Origin: an uncultured Verrucomicrobiae bacterium
GTDB taxonomy: Bacteria > Verrucomicrobiota > Verrucomicrobiia > Limisphaerales > Palsa-1400
Length of the DNA: 64,000 nt
Assembly: GCA_963707025.1 (NCBI GenBank)
Contig: CAVPOM010000004.1
Location: 32,001 to 96,000 of the forward strand
Direction: 5' to 3'
In this document: one piece after another, positions 28,919 through 38,884 of the stretch
Layout of the letters: every line of letters begins with the position of its first letter
Position numbering within the stretch: the stretch's first letter is position 1
Program-made: the position numbers and the translations under genes
Notes under the pieces: generated by a model
What the model saw: only the letters and a program-made list of their open reading frames with translations
The model's database searches: none
What the model was told of the DNA's origin: nothing

Positions 28919-28976
28919 TTTCACCTGGTTTCACCTAATTTCACCTAATTTCACCTGGTTTCACCTAGTTTCACTT
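28919..28976. repeat. Tandem 10-bp repeat TTTCACCTRR, 5 full copies plus one partial
   Basis: tttcacctgg tttcacctaa tttcacctaa tttcacctgg tttcacctag tttcactt. Confidence 0.9.
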
Positions 28977-29203
28977 CCCGGCCATAGGGGGCATGCCACC
29001 AACCCCATTTCTCCCCAGCTTTTGTGGTTTCCCACGTTACTTTGCGGCCATCGCATGCCTGCATGCCAACAATGGATCAACGACAGCCCATTGGCCAATT
29101 CCTTCCATTTTGCATTCTGCATTTTGCATTCTGCATTGCCTGCGCCCCATCACTCCATGACTCCACCACTCCACTCGGCGATTAGTTAATCCAGGCGACC
29201 GGC

Positions 29204-31540
29204 ATGAGCGCAGACCCAACCCAGCCCCAGCCGCAATCGGAAACACCGGCGCTGCCGGATTGGCCCAACTGCCTCTGCCTGAGCCTGCTGGCGGCGCTGA
29301 CCCTGGCCGTATTTTCGGAGGTGCTCCTGGTCAGGCCCGGCGAGGTGCTCTCGGACGGGCAGATGGACCTGGGCTATTTTTTTGTCCACTGGCGCTATTT
29401 TGGATTTCATGAATTGAAAATGGGGAATTTGGCGCTGTGGAATCCGCACTGCCTGAGCGGCACGCCGTTTTTCGGGAACTTCCAGTCGGCTTTGCTCTAT
29501 CCGCTGAATTTTCTTTATTTGCTGCTGCCGTTGCAGGCCGCCATCAACTGGAGCATCGCCTTGCATGTGTTTCTGGGGGGCGCGTTCACGTTTTATTGGA
29601 TGCGTCACCGCGGATTGCATTCCCTGGCCTGCCTGCTTTCGGGGGTGATGTTCATGTTGTGCGGTCCGCATTTTTTGCAGGTTCATGCCGGGCATTTGCC
29701 CAACCTTTGCACGCTGATCTGGGCGCCGCTGTTGTTCCTGGCCATGGACCAAATGCTGGACCGGCCCGGCCTGGCCCCGTGCCTGACCGGCATGTTTGCG
29801 GTGGCCATGTCGGTTTTGGCCGGGCATCCCCAGTTCGTCTTTTACATGGGTGTGGCTGCCGGCGTTTATGCCGTTTTGATTCTCCTCCGCCACCGGCCGG
29901 GCGGGAAAGTGATTTTGGGGCTGGCGGCGATGGCGGCGGGCGGGATCGCCTTGAGCGCCGTCCAACTTTTCACCGGCTTGCAGGAAGGAGGCGAGACGAT
30001 GCGGAGCGTCGGGATGTCGTATGATTTCGCCTCCAGTTTTTCCTTTCCCCCGGAGAACTTTCTCACGCTGGTGGCGCCGTGGTGCTTTGGGGACATGAAA
30101 AACGACCTGTATTGGGGCCGGTGGGCTTTGACGGAGGTGTCCCTTTTCGTCAGCGTGACGGGCCTGGTGCTGGCGGTGCAGGGCATGGCGCGGGGACGGC
30201 CGGCCACGCGGCGGTTTTTAATTGTCCTGCTGGTCATGGCGCTGGTGCTGGCGCTGGGCCGCTACACTCCGGTGTTTCGCCTGCTCTTCGATTATGTGCC
30301 GGGTTTCAACGTTTTCCGCGGCATGGATAAATTCCTCTGGCTGGCGGCTCTGTTTCTGGCGGCACTGGCGGGGATTGGCCTGGACCAGATGCTGCGGGGA
30401 CAGGCGGTGGCGCGCTGGCTGATTTGGGGAGCGGCCGGGGCGGGATTGGCGCTGTGCTTGCTGGCCTTTTTGCCGGCCCACGCCGCCTGGTGGGGCCGCA
30501 TGCTCCAAGGGATGCATCCGGAGGGATCGGTCAACCTGCCGGAAGGATATTACAAAGACCCGCTCTTCATTTTGCACAGCCAATCCCAGGCCTCCTGGAG
30601 CCTGGTGCGGGGCGGCATTTCCCTGTTCCTGGCCAGCGCGCTTCTGGCCCAGGTCAAACCGCGCCGCCGCCTGGCGTGCGGGGCCTTGCTGCTGCTGGCC
30701 GTGATCGAACTGGCCGATTTCGCCGGGACCTCGCTGGTGACGTTCCGAATCAGCGCGCCCTATGCCCCCGCCGTGGCGCAGTTCCTGGCCCAACACCCCG
30801 GCGACTATCGCATCCGCCACTACAACCCCAACAGCGCCATGACGACCGGGGCCTTGGATGTTTCCGGCGATGATCCGGCGGGGCTGACGCGCTATATGCG
30901 GCTGCTCTATTTTTCCGCGGGCATTGACTTCGACAAGGCCCAGCGCGGCAACTTCGCCCAAGAACCCAATACCAATGTCCTGCGCATGTTGCGCCTGCGC
31001 TATCTTTTTTCGGACGATGAAAAGACTTGCACGGAGCTGGCGGGCGGATTGCCGCATTTGTTGCTGGTGGACCGGTTTCGGCTGATGACCAATTACCATG
31101 AGATTTTTTCCACCCTGACCAATGAGAATTTCAAGATGGAGGAAGAGGTGATTCTGGAAAGCCGGCCCTCGCCGCTGCCGCAGCCGGCCCGTGAAAAGGG
31201 AACGGCGCGGCTGCTGGAATCCTCCACCGACTCCCTTAAAATCGAGGCGGAAGTGGGGGCGCCCGCGCTGTTGCTGATCACCGACTCCTACAGCCGCGGC
31301 TGGCGCGCCCTGGCGCTGCCGGGCAGCACGCAAGCCCGCTACGAGGTGATGCCGGCCAACTATTGTTTGCGGGTGATTCCGCTGGCGGCGGGGCGCCATT
31401 TGTTGCGGGTCGAGTATTCGCCGTCCGGCTTTCGCGTGGGGAAAGTGGTTTCCATCGTGGCCTTGGCCGTGTTTTTTGTCCTGCTGGCGATGGTGGTGAA
31501 AAATCGTTTTTGGGATGGGAAGGAGCTGGCTCCCGGGTAA
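29204..31540 (+). CDS. YfhO-like multi-pass membrane protein (GT-C-like)
   Basis: LWNPHCLSGTPFFGNFQSALLYP, GHPQ, many TM helices, C-terminal DSYSRGWRA..ANY..G.H. Confidence 0.8.
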   Translation: MSADPTQPQPQSETPALPDWPNCLCLSLLAALTLAVFSEVLLVRPGEVLSDGQMDLGYFFVHWRYFGFHELKMGNLALWNPHCLSGTPFFGNFQSALLYPLNFLYLLLPLQAAINWSIALHVFLGGAFTFYWMRHRGLHSLACLLSGVMFMLCGPHFLQVHAGHLPNLCTLIWAPLLFLAMDQMLDRPGLAPCLTGMFAVAMSVLAGHPQFVFYMGVAAGVYAVLILLRHRPGGKVILGLAAMAAGGIALSAVQLFTGLQEGGETMRSVGMSYDFASSFSFPPENFLTLVAPWCFGDMKNDLYWGRWALTEVSLFVSVTGLVLAVQGMARGRPATRRFLIVLLVMALVLALGRYTPVFRLLFDYVPGFNVFRGMDKFLWLAALFLAALAGIGLDQMLRGQAVARWLIWGAAGAGLALCLLAFLPAHAAWWGRMLQGMHPEGSVNLPEGYYKDPLFILHSQSQASWSLVRGGISLFLASALLAQVKPRRRLACGALLLLAVIELADFAGTSLVTFRISAPYAPAVAQFLAQHPGDYRIRHYNPNSAMTTGALDVSGDDPAGLTRYMRLLYFSAGIDFDKAQRGNFAQEPNTNVLRMLRLRYLFSDDEKTCTELAGGLPHLLLVDRFRLMTNYHEIFSTLTNENFKMEEEVILESRPSPLPQPAREKGTARLLESSTDSLKIEAEVGAPALLLITDSYSRGWRALALPGSTQARYEVMPANYCLRVIPLAAGRHLLRVEYSPSGFRVGKVVSIVALAVFFVLLAMVVKNRFWDGKELAPG

Positions 31541-31641
31541 GGAGAGGGCGATTTTCCGCGGAAAGCCGCCGGGTCTTTTTTGTGTTTTTTTGGTGTTGCA
31601 AGTGGTCAGGGTTGCATTATTGTCTTCCATCTTAATCGGAA

Positions 31642-31718
31642 GCGAGCGTAGCTCAGCCTGGTAGAGCATCACGTTGCCAACGTGAGTGTCGAGGGTTCGA
31701 ATCCCTTCGCTCGCTCCA
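31642..31718 (+). tRNA. tRNA-Gly(GCC)
   Basis: Cloverleaf: acceptor GCGAGCG/CGCTCGC, anticodon loop TT-GCC-AA, T-loop GGTTCGAAT, CCA end. Confidence 0.97.
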
Positions 31719-32958
31719 TTTGCCCATTTGCGTCAGCGTGCGACAGACCGCGCCAAAGCCCCTCATTTACAAGCACTTGCGCGGGCTTTGCCTCTTCAAT
31801 CATTGCGACAGCTTGCGACCCGTTTTGACCCGCCGCGCCTAAAATCTGTGCGCGTCCTTGTGTATACCCCAACATCGGAGGCAATCCCTTGACAGCCTCG
31901 TAAATCTCAAATTGCGACCCATCCGTGTAACCGTCTGTCTGGTGCAGTGTTTGATGACGCATTTGCTTTCTCGCAAAATTATCGGAAATGCCGTGCTTGC
32001 GCATGAAAGTCGCGCAGGTGTAGCGCAGCGCATGAAAGTCGGCATACCGGCCTTGCTCATCCCGGTAGGCAACGCCAACCCGCTCCGAATCCACTTTGAG
32101 CCGGGAGGCACGAGGAATTCCATTGCGGAAAACCAAATCCGACGGCGACCACTGCGCCGGGCGAAAGTCTTTCAATGCCCCGACGATTTCAGGCATCAGG
32201 AAAACAGGCTCTTCTCTTTTGTTCTTTGCCGTTTCCGCACGAACCACGATCAGCGGATTTTGCGCGTCAAGCCGGACATCGCCCCATTGAAGCTGTTTCA
32301 GTTCTTCCTGCCGCAATCCCGTTGCCGCCGCAGTGAAATAAATTATCCCGCGCGGCCCCGACCCCGCGATCAGTTTGCGCAATTCCTCATCCGTGAATGC
32401 GCGGCGCACCCGTTTCTTCTTCCCGCGCTCATCCACCTTGCCGACGAATTTCAGCGGGTTGGACTTGATCCGCCCCGCCCGCTCCATCCAGTTGAGGAAC
32501 GAAATCGTACCCTGCAAATAATGGTTCATTGTCCGCGCCGCCGCTTTCTGCTTGTTGCGCCAGGCGATGAATGAATCCGCCGTGACATTGCCGGCCAGCT
32601 TCCAGCCGCAATCGTCCAGGAGCCGGAGAATCCGCGCCTTGAGCAACCGCGCCCCGCGCCCACCCCGACCAGCCCGCCCGCGCGTCAGCAGATCAGCTTC
32701 GTAATCGTTCAAATGCTCGCGCAATGGGCGTTGCGCGGCGTCTCTCACAAGTTTTGGCTCGATGATGCCCGCCGCCTCACGCTCGCGCTCCTGGATGAAA
32801 GCGTGCGCCTTTTTGTCGGCAACCTGGAAGTCGGTGACGCCAAGCGACACCCACTTGTCCACCGGCATGTCGCCCAGGCGATAACGCAAATAATAAAACC
32901 GTGTTTCCAGAAGTTTTCCACGCCGCCGAGACCGTCGTTTTTCAATGGAGAAGATCAT
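31669..32958 (-). CDS. Tyrosine recombinase/integrase whose C-terminus crosses attL
   Basis: TGLRQEEL (R), AKNK (K), FHALR (HxxR), MRH (H), DGYT (Y); last 16 codons are antisense to the tRNA. Confidence 0.93.
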   Translation of the reverse strand: MIFSIEKRRSRRRGKLLETRFYYLRYRLGDMPVDKWVSLGVTDFQVADKKAHAFIQEREREAAGIIEPKLVRDAAQRPLREHLNDYEADLLTRGRAGRGGRGARLLKARILRLLDDCGWKLAGNVTADSFIAWRNKQKAAARTMNHYLQGTISFLNWMERAGRIKSNPLKFVGKVDERGKKKRVRRAFTDEELRKLIAGSGPRGIIYFTAAATGLRQEELKQLQWGDVRLDAQNPLIVVRAETAKNKREEPVFLMPEIVGALKDFRPAQWSPSDLVFRNGIPRASRLKVDSERVGVAYRDEQGRYADFHALRYTCATFMRKHGISDNFARKQMRHQTLHQTDGYTDGSQFEIYEAVKGLPPMLGYTQGRAQILGAAGQNGSQAVAMIEEAKPAQVLVNEGLWRGLSHADANGQMERAKGFEPSTLTLAT

Positions 32959-33161
32959 GCCGCTCCTTTCATCATAATTTGCTCAATGTCACTTGACCGA
33001 AACCGCACCGCACCGCGGATTTTAACCACCGCCAGTTTCCCCGACGCCACCAGTCTTTCCACGTTGCGGGTGGAACAGGCCAGCAGACGCGCTACTTCTT
33101 TCTTTGTCACCAATCGCAGCGATGCACGGTTAGATTCATTTTCCATATTCTTTCCTCTCAA
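32955..33161 (-). CDS. Excisionase-like HTH (HTH_17/MerR-like) protein
   Basis: LVTKKEVARLLACSTRNVERLVASGKL..VKIRGAVRF; ATGA overlap with int; alternative ATG at 33146. Confidence 0.85.
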   Translation of the reverse strand: MRGKNMENESNRASLRLVTKKEVARLLACSTRNVERLVASGKLAVVKIRGAVRFRSSDIEQIMMKGAA

Positions 33162-33541
33162 GCATCGGAAGCCTCTTGGTCCATCTCCGCGACCTCATCA
33201 TCCGGCATCCCCTTCGTGTAAACGCGGTAAACCGCATTGTTATCCGCCGCCACGCCGTTCTGCGTCAGCCATTCCGCAATTTCCCGGAAGGTGAAGCCCT
33301 TGTCCTTCCGAAGGACGGTAATCGTCTCATGGTAATCTGCAAGCAGCTTCCGGTTGGATTCCTTTTCCGCTTGTTCCAACAGGAAATGCGGCGGTGGGAA
33401 TTCCAGATGCGTAACCACATCACCCGGAGGAGATGCGGCCTTCTGTTCACCTTTTGCGCTCTTATCACTCAGAGAAGCCGCAGGGGATGGCGCGACCGCC
33501 ACGACTTCTTTACCTTTTGATTTGAATTGTTTTTTCTTCAT
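33158..33541 (-). CDS. Hypothetical DNA-binding protein (HTH-like)
   Basis: LRKDKGFTFREIAEWLTQNGV; stop overlaps the next gene's start. Confidence 0.65.
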   Translation of the reverse strand: MKKKQFKSKGKEVVAVAPSPAASLSDKSAKGEQKAASPPGDVVTHLEFPPPHFLLEQAEKESNRKLLADYHETITVLRKDKGFTFREIAEWLTQNGVAADNNAVYRVYTKGMPDDEVAEMDQEASDA

Positions 33542-33547
33542 GCGGGG

Positions 33548-33576
33548 AATCTAAATGAATAAAGTAATTAAAGCAA
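33548..33576 (-). promoter_or_regulatory. Putative leaderless sigma70 promoter of the orf-xis-int operon
   Basis: TTGCTT-17 nt-TAGATT-6 nt-ATG in an AT-rich patch. Confidence 0.6.
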
Positions 33577-33723
33577 GCAATAAAATGAGAAAAAGCAAAA
33601 GCATCCCAAATTGGACCCAAAAACCACAAACCGTGAGGCATTCCCCGCTGAGTTTTCCCGTGTCGTCATCCGGCTTGCTCAAGGCAGGAAGGCCAAGCCG
33701 AACGCCAACACGCGAAAACTCAG

Positions 33724-33825
33724 CCCCGACAAGTGCCTGGTCGTGCCGTCATTGTCCGCAGGATTGCGCCCCGGCTGCCCTCGCAACACTGCGGTCAATG
33801 CCGTCACCGCCAGGGAGGGCTTCGC
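33724..33825 (-). other. Conserved structured non-coding element, copy 2 (candidate single-strand origin or ncRNA)
   Basis: Long imperfect hairpin homologous to 26989-27092. Confidence 0.65.
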
Positions 33826-34242
33826 CAGTTCCGTTCGCGTCGGATTTATTCGGAGTGCCCGCATCACAAGTTCGGGTGCCGTGTCAATTTGAGATTCAGT
33901 TCAGTAAAGGTACGCAATTCAGGGTGAACATTTGCCATCAAATGGTGAGTATTCTCGCGCCTCGTTCACTATTTTTTATGGGTTATGCTGGCGATTCGAT
34001 CAGACGAGGCGTTTAGGATTGTGCCAAACATTACACTTCGTCTCGCATGGTCCCTCCTAATCTCGCGAAGGATGTTGCAGGTTCGCCATGTGACCTTAAC
34101 CCAATTGTTACGGCCAATTTCGGGGTTCTTGCTTGACACGCGCCAAGCCAGTGAAACAATCGGTGCAAGGGCAGGGTAGCTGTCTTAGACAATGAGAAAG
34201 GCATTTGACAGTCCGGCGGTTGGGTATCAGGCCGACACACGG

Positions 34243-34497
34243 CTAACGATGCCTTGCGATTTTGGGTGGCAGCAATTCCCGCACCTCGGCTCTCAGGGCC
34301 TCAGCCAGGATCATCAGTTCCGAATCCGACACGCATCGCAGTTGCGCCTCAATTTTCGAGAGCGTCGCCCGGCTCAACTCCAATCCCAAAACGGAGCATC
34401 GCGCCGCAAACATCTCCTGCGTCAGCTTCATTTGATAACGCAGCCTTCTGACTTGCGGCCCGACGACATTGCGCGGACTTTTTTTTCTTTCTGCCAT
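34243..34497 (-). CDS. XRE family HTH regulator
   Basis: VGPQVRRLR..LTQEMFAAR..LSRATLSKIE. Confidence 0.88.
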   Translation of the reverse strand: MAERKKSPRNVVGPQVRRLRYQMKLTQEMFAARCSVLGLELSRATLSKIEAQLRCVSDSELMILAEALRAEVRELLPPKIARHR

Positions 34498-34623
34498 GCT
34501 CCGATTTTGGAGCGTGACAGTACCGAGAATTGGCGGCGCATTTGCTCCAATTTTGGAGCCACTTTTTGAGGGAGAAATCCAGAGCAAAAACTAGGCAGTC
34601 AACCACAAACAAAAGGACACGAA

Positions 34624-36873
34624 ATGAAAATGAGATTCAGCAGTAATCAATTGAGCATCGGCGGAGCATTGTCGTTATGGCTTTTATTAGTTCCATCTGT
34701 AATCGCCCAACCGACCTTGCCCGACCCCGGAACGAACACCTTCAACCAACCATCCCAAGCGCAAATCGCGGCGGCAGAGGCGGCACAGGCCGCGCAGCAG
34801 GCGTCAAATTACGCAACCTTTTACGCGCCCTGGGTCGTCCAGGATTTGCAGATGGGCGATGGTTCGCAACTGACGGGGGGCGCTCTCCAAATACAAGCGC
34901 AGAGCGATTTGCTGGTTTTGTCCACCAACCTCGCTGTTTTTCAGGCGGCGCAACAAACAGCGGTGACGGCCTATCTCGCCAGCGCCCCCTTTTCCTTCGT
35001 CCAGTCGTGGATTGACACCAATGGCGTCATGAGTTACATTGACCGCATTGATGAAGGTGGAGCGATGGCCATTAAACAAACACATAATCTCGAATCGGCG
35101 CAGACCGTGGGCGCTCAGAAATTATGGCCAGGCGGCAGCACAGGTCTCAATCTTGCAGGAACCAATGTTCTTATGGCGCAATGGGACGGTGGGGATTTGC
35201 TTACCAATCATTCTGAATTTGCAACCAATGGCCAACGGGCTTTCCTGCTTGACGGGCCAAGCGGATACGGAGTCCAAGACCACCCAACGCATGTCGCCGG
35301 AACAATGATGGCATGGGGGGTTAATGCGAGTGCGAAAGGCTTCTCGAATCGGGGCAAGGTTACTGAATCGTATTTCGGCAAAGACCTTGCGGAGATGCCG
35401 CGAGTGGCCGCAACCAACGGGGTGCGCGAAAGCAATCACAGCTACGGTTATACCGGAGGATGGGGAATCATTCAAATTAGTGGAAATTATTACTGGTTGT
35501 GGAACGGCGATGTCGTTGTTAGCACCAGCCAGGATTGGCATTTTGGATTCTACACCGGCGTCTCACAAACTAACGACCAGATCATTTACACGGCGCAAAC
35601 ATATCTGCCAGTTTTTTCGGCTGGAAATGAAAACGGCCCCGGTCAGGACGGCCCGGCCACCCAACCTTTCGGCCATTATGAATACTCGAATGGTGTAGTG
35701 GTGAGTGACACCACGCACGTTCGCCCGTTAAATGACGCGCAAGGCGGATTCAACACTTTGACAGGGTATCAGGTCTCAAAAAACGAGCTTGTGGTTGGCG
35801 CGGTGGGCCAAAACACAAATGGATATACCAGCACGAACAGCGTTACGAATGCCATTTTTTCATCAATGGGGCCGACCGCCGATGGCCGCATCAAACCGGA
35901 TGTGGTTGCCGACGGCGTAAATGTATATTCCACCTATTCGAGCAACACGGCCTCGTATGGCCTGGATTCAGGCACGAGCATGGCTGCGCCCGCCGTGACT
36001 GGTACGCTTGGACTTCTCACCGGATTCTATAATCAGCTTTATCCGACCAACGCCCCGCTGCTTTCCGGCACAAATGCGCCCCTATCTTCAACGCTCCGGG
36101 GCATTCTAATCCACACCGCAGACCAACTCGGCACCAACATTGGGCCAAGCTACATTTATGGATGGGGATTGCTTGACGCGGTAGCCGCCGCCAATTTGAT
36201 CACCAATAATTACGCCAGCGCTTCTCTCGCCCACATTAAGGAAGTCCGGCTAATCAGCGGCGACCATATCGAATTCCCGGTGACGCTGACCAACGGCGTG
36301 CCTTTCCGCGCCACGACTGCTTGGACTGACCCGCCTGGCTCACCCACTGCCGTCAGTGTCAATCCGACCAACCGCATGTTGGTCAACGACCTTGATTTGC
36401 GGGTCATCAGTCCGAACGGAACAACAAATTTCCCTTATGTTTTGAATCGAAATTCGCCCGCGAGCGCGGCGACAAAGGCGGACAACGCGGTGGACAATGT
36501 GGAACAGGTTTACATCCCGACTCCGACCAACGGAACATACACGGTCCGCATCACTCACAAGGGCAATCTTGTGAACGACCACGGCCAGACAAGTTACCAG
36601 AACCTCTCGATAATGCTCTCAGGAAATATCGCGCTTCCCCCGACGACGCCGAATATTTTCTCGATCTATCCGATTACCACGTCCAACACGGTGGCCCTTG
36701 CTTGGTCCTCAGATGTGGGTAGGGTTTATCGCGTGCAATACGTGGACAACATTACCTCCGGTGTCTGGCAAAATGCGACAGGCGAACTGAGCGCAACCAA
36801 GACGAACACGGTGGCGACGATTCCGGTCTCCGGTGTGACCAATCGGTTTTACCGCATCGCTCAGGTTCGATGA
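34624..36873 (+). CDS. Secreted S8 subtilase
   Basis: Signal peptide; WDGG (D), HPTHVAGT (H), SAGN, SGTSMAAP (S); NDLDL..DNVEQV beta-barrel; RFYR tail. Confidence 0.92.
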   Translation: MKMRFSSNQLSIGGALSLWLLLVPSVIAQPTLPDPGTNTFNQPSQAQIAAAEAAQAAQQASNYATFYAPWVVQDLQMGDGSQLTGGALQIQAQSDLLVLSTNLAVFQAAQQTAVTAYLASAPFSFVQSWIDTNGVMSYIDRIDEGGAMAIKQTHNLESAQTVGAQKLWPGGSTGLNLAGTNVLMAQWDGGDLLTNHSEFATNGQRAFLLDGPSGYGVQDHPTHVAGTMMAWGVNASAKGFSNRGKVTESYFGKDLAEMPRVAATNGVRESNHSYGYTGGWGIIQISGNYYWLWNGDVVVSTSQDWHFGFYTGVSQTNDQIIYTAQTYLPVFSAGNENGPGQDGPATQPFGHYEYSNGVVVSDTTHVRPLNDAQGGFNTLTGYQVSKNELVVGAVGQNTNGYTSTNSVTNAIFSSMGPTADGRIKPDVVADGVNVYSTYSSNTASYGLDSGTSMAAPAVTGTLGLLTGFYNQLYPTNAPLLSGTNAPLSSTLRGILIHTADQLGTNIGPSYIYGWGLLDAVAAANLITNNYASASLAHIKEVRLISGDHIEFPVTLTNGVPFRATTAWTDPPGSPTAVSVNPTNRMLVNDLDLRVISPNGTTNFPYVLNRNSPASAATKADNAVDNVEQVYIPTPTNGTYTVRITHKGNLVNDHGQTSYQNLSIMLSGNIALPPTTPNIFSIYPITTSNTVALAWSSDVGRVYRVQYVDNITSGVWQNATGELSATKTNTVATIPVSGVTNRFYRIAQVR

Positions 36874-37766
36874 AAATTGCCCCACCCACCCCGAACGGCC
36901 GGTGTTGGCTTTGGCAGGCACTGGCCGTTTTATCGGCATTGCCGATAATTGGTGAGGCGCACGGAATTATTTATGAACAGTTGCCACCTTCACCCAGCCT
37001 GGGTTTGGTGCAAGATACGAACGGCAACTTCACCGATCCCTTTGCACCGTATGATGCCCAAGGCTTGAGGTTATGGGGCAATGCGGGAACTCCGGCTATT
37101 TACAATCTCGTTTTTAATGGGCAAGCGGCTTTCACTTTCACCTCACAAGACACTGGTTTTGACATTGACCCGATAGGAAGCAACAAAGTGATCGGTGGCT
37201 ATCTTGACAATTTTGGCGCGGCTGGGGCATATCCGCTGTCAGGTGGCGCTTTAATCGGACCGGATACCGGGACCAACTATACTTGGATTGGCCATGACCC
37301 AGTATTGGGGGGATTGGTTCTGGCGACCGAAAGAGACAGTGGCACCATTGGAAGCCCCATTTTATTCACCGGGCCTTTCGCCGGAATAACAGCCGCGTAT
37401 ATTGGACTTCAATTTTACTCTGACAATCAGGTCTATTACGGCTGGGTTCGAGTTGGCGCACCCGCTACCATCAATGGCGGCTGGATTTACGATTATGCGT
37501 ACCAAACTCAACCCAACACACCGATTCTCGCGGGCGCGGTGCCGCTCGCGCCATTAGCGACACCCCACATTGTTCGACCGGGGAATCTCCGGCTTAACTG
37601 GCAATCACAGACCAACATGGCTTATCAGGTGCAATTCAAGGAAGAACTGGATTCACTGTTTTGGACCAATCTGGACCTCACCATCATCGCCACCGCCACC
37701 AATACGTCAGCCGATGTCCCGATGGTCGGCACTTCCAGGTTTTACCGCGTGGTACAAAATCAATGA
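36870..37766 (+). CDS. Secreted hypothetical protein with C-terminal FYR domain
   Basis: Signal peptide; YIGLQF..YYGWVRV..YAYQTQPNTPILAGAVP; RFYRV; ATGA-coupled. Confidence 0.75.
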   Translation: MKIAPPTPNGRCWLWQALAVLSALPIIGEAHGIIYEQLPPSPSLGLVQDTNGNFTDPFAPYDAQGLRLWGNAGTPAIYNLVFNGQAAFTFTSQDTGFDIDPIGSNKVIGGYLDNFGAAGAYPLSGGALIGPDTGTNYTWIGHDPVLGGLVLATERDSGTIGSPILFTGPFAGITAAYIGLQFYSDNQVYYGWVRVGAPATINGGWIYDYAYQTQPNTPILAGAVPLAPLATPHIVRPGNLRLNWQSQTNMAYQVQFKEELDSLFWTNLDLTIIATATNTSADVPMVGTSRFYRVVQNQ

Positions 37767-38734
37767 AGGCAATACCGATTCCGTCTGCAAAACTCATGCG
37801 CGTCATGCTCCTTGCGTTCGGCTGCATTTTCGCGGCGCAGGTGTCGCAGGCGCAGTCCTCGTTTGCCGGGGTTTTACTCGCAGGCAACGGCTCAGGAATC
37901 GTTGCGGGCACCGTCCAACTCAGCGTGAATGGCGGGCAGATAACATTTCAGTCAACCCTCTATGAGCCTTGGGTCACAAACACCACCCTTGCGACGATTT
38001 TGGAAGTGCAGGGCAACCATATCTGCTTTGATCTTGGAACCGGCACACCAGGCACTTGGCCTGTGCAAGAGTTTGTCGGGCCGCTTCCCGGCCTCAGCAC
38101 AGCCCCGGCCCCAAGCGAACGGTTTCCGGGTCTTGAGCAAATGCCGGGGCCACAAACGCTTTCCGCAGGCAGGCGCTTTGCCGGTGCATTCACCGCGTTT
38201 CCTAGTTTGGAGAATGCGTTATTGACCAGCGGCGGAAAAATTTCGCTCCACGTAAGAGGAACGGTGAACGGCATGGAAAACCCGACTGCCGTAGAGGTAT
38301 TGGTAACAACAAGCCCGCGAATCTCCAATCAGTTTGCGGCGATTCTCAGCGCCACTAACGAAATTCCACCCCACACAAGCCCGTATCACGGCACCGGGTC
38401 GTTCACGCTTGAGAGCAATTTCCTCACTTACAATCTGGCCCTGGACGCCGGTTTGCGCCCAACGCACGTAAGTATATTCGGCCCGGCCAGCCCGCCGCCA
38501 AACGAACTGGCACTCGCTGCCGACTCCCCCGGCAATTCCGGTTTCGTGATTTATCGCGGTCAGATCAATCTGACCGGCGCAAAGGTTGAGGAACTCCGGC
38601 GCGGCGAGCTTTATGTCAATGTTTTTACAGCCCTACATCCGCATGGAGAGTTGCGCGGCTCCATTCTTCCGATTCCAATACCCGTCCCAAACGCCCCCGG
38701 CATTCAGCCTGTTATCAGCGTCTCTCCAAAATAG
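37763..38734 (+). CDS. Secreted CHRD-domain protein
   Basis: LSATNEIPP..G.G.F; LYVNVFTALHPHGELRG. Confidence 0.75.
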   Translation: MKAIPIPSAKLMRVMLLAFGCIFAAQVSQAQSSFAGVLLAGNGSGIVAGTVQLSVNGGQITFQSTLYEPWVTNTTLATILEVQGNHICFDLGTGTPGTWPVQEFVGPLPGLSTAPAPSERFPGLEQMPGPQTLSAGRRFAGAFTAFPSLENALLTSGGKISLHVRGTVNGMENPTAVEVLVTTSPRISNQFAAILSATNEIPPHTSPYHGTGSFTLESNFLTYNLALDAGLRPTHVSIFGPASPPPNELALAADSPGNSGFVIYRGQINLTGAKVEELRRGELYVNVFTALHPHGELRGSILPIPIPVPNAPGIQPVISVSPK

Positions 38735-38884
38735 GCCAAGCAGCCGCGCAATGCTTGACCGTCTGCTTGCGGCACACAATTTCCTCACTCACCCGCCGTC
38801 TTCGATAGCGGCCTGTCCCACCGATTCACATCAGGAAACTTGTGAATCTTCCACCCCCGCGCCGTCAGCCATTTCTCCATGCCC

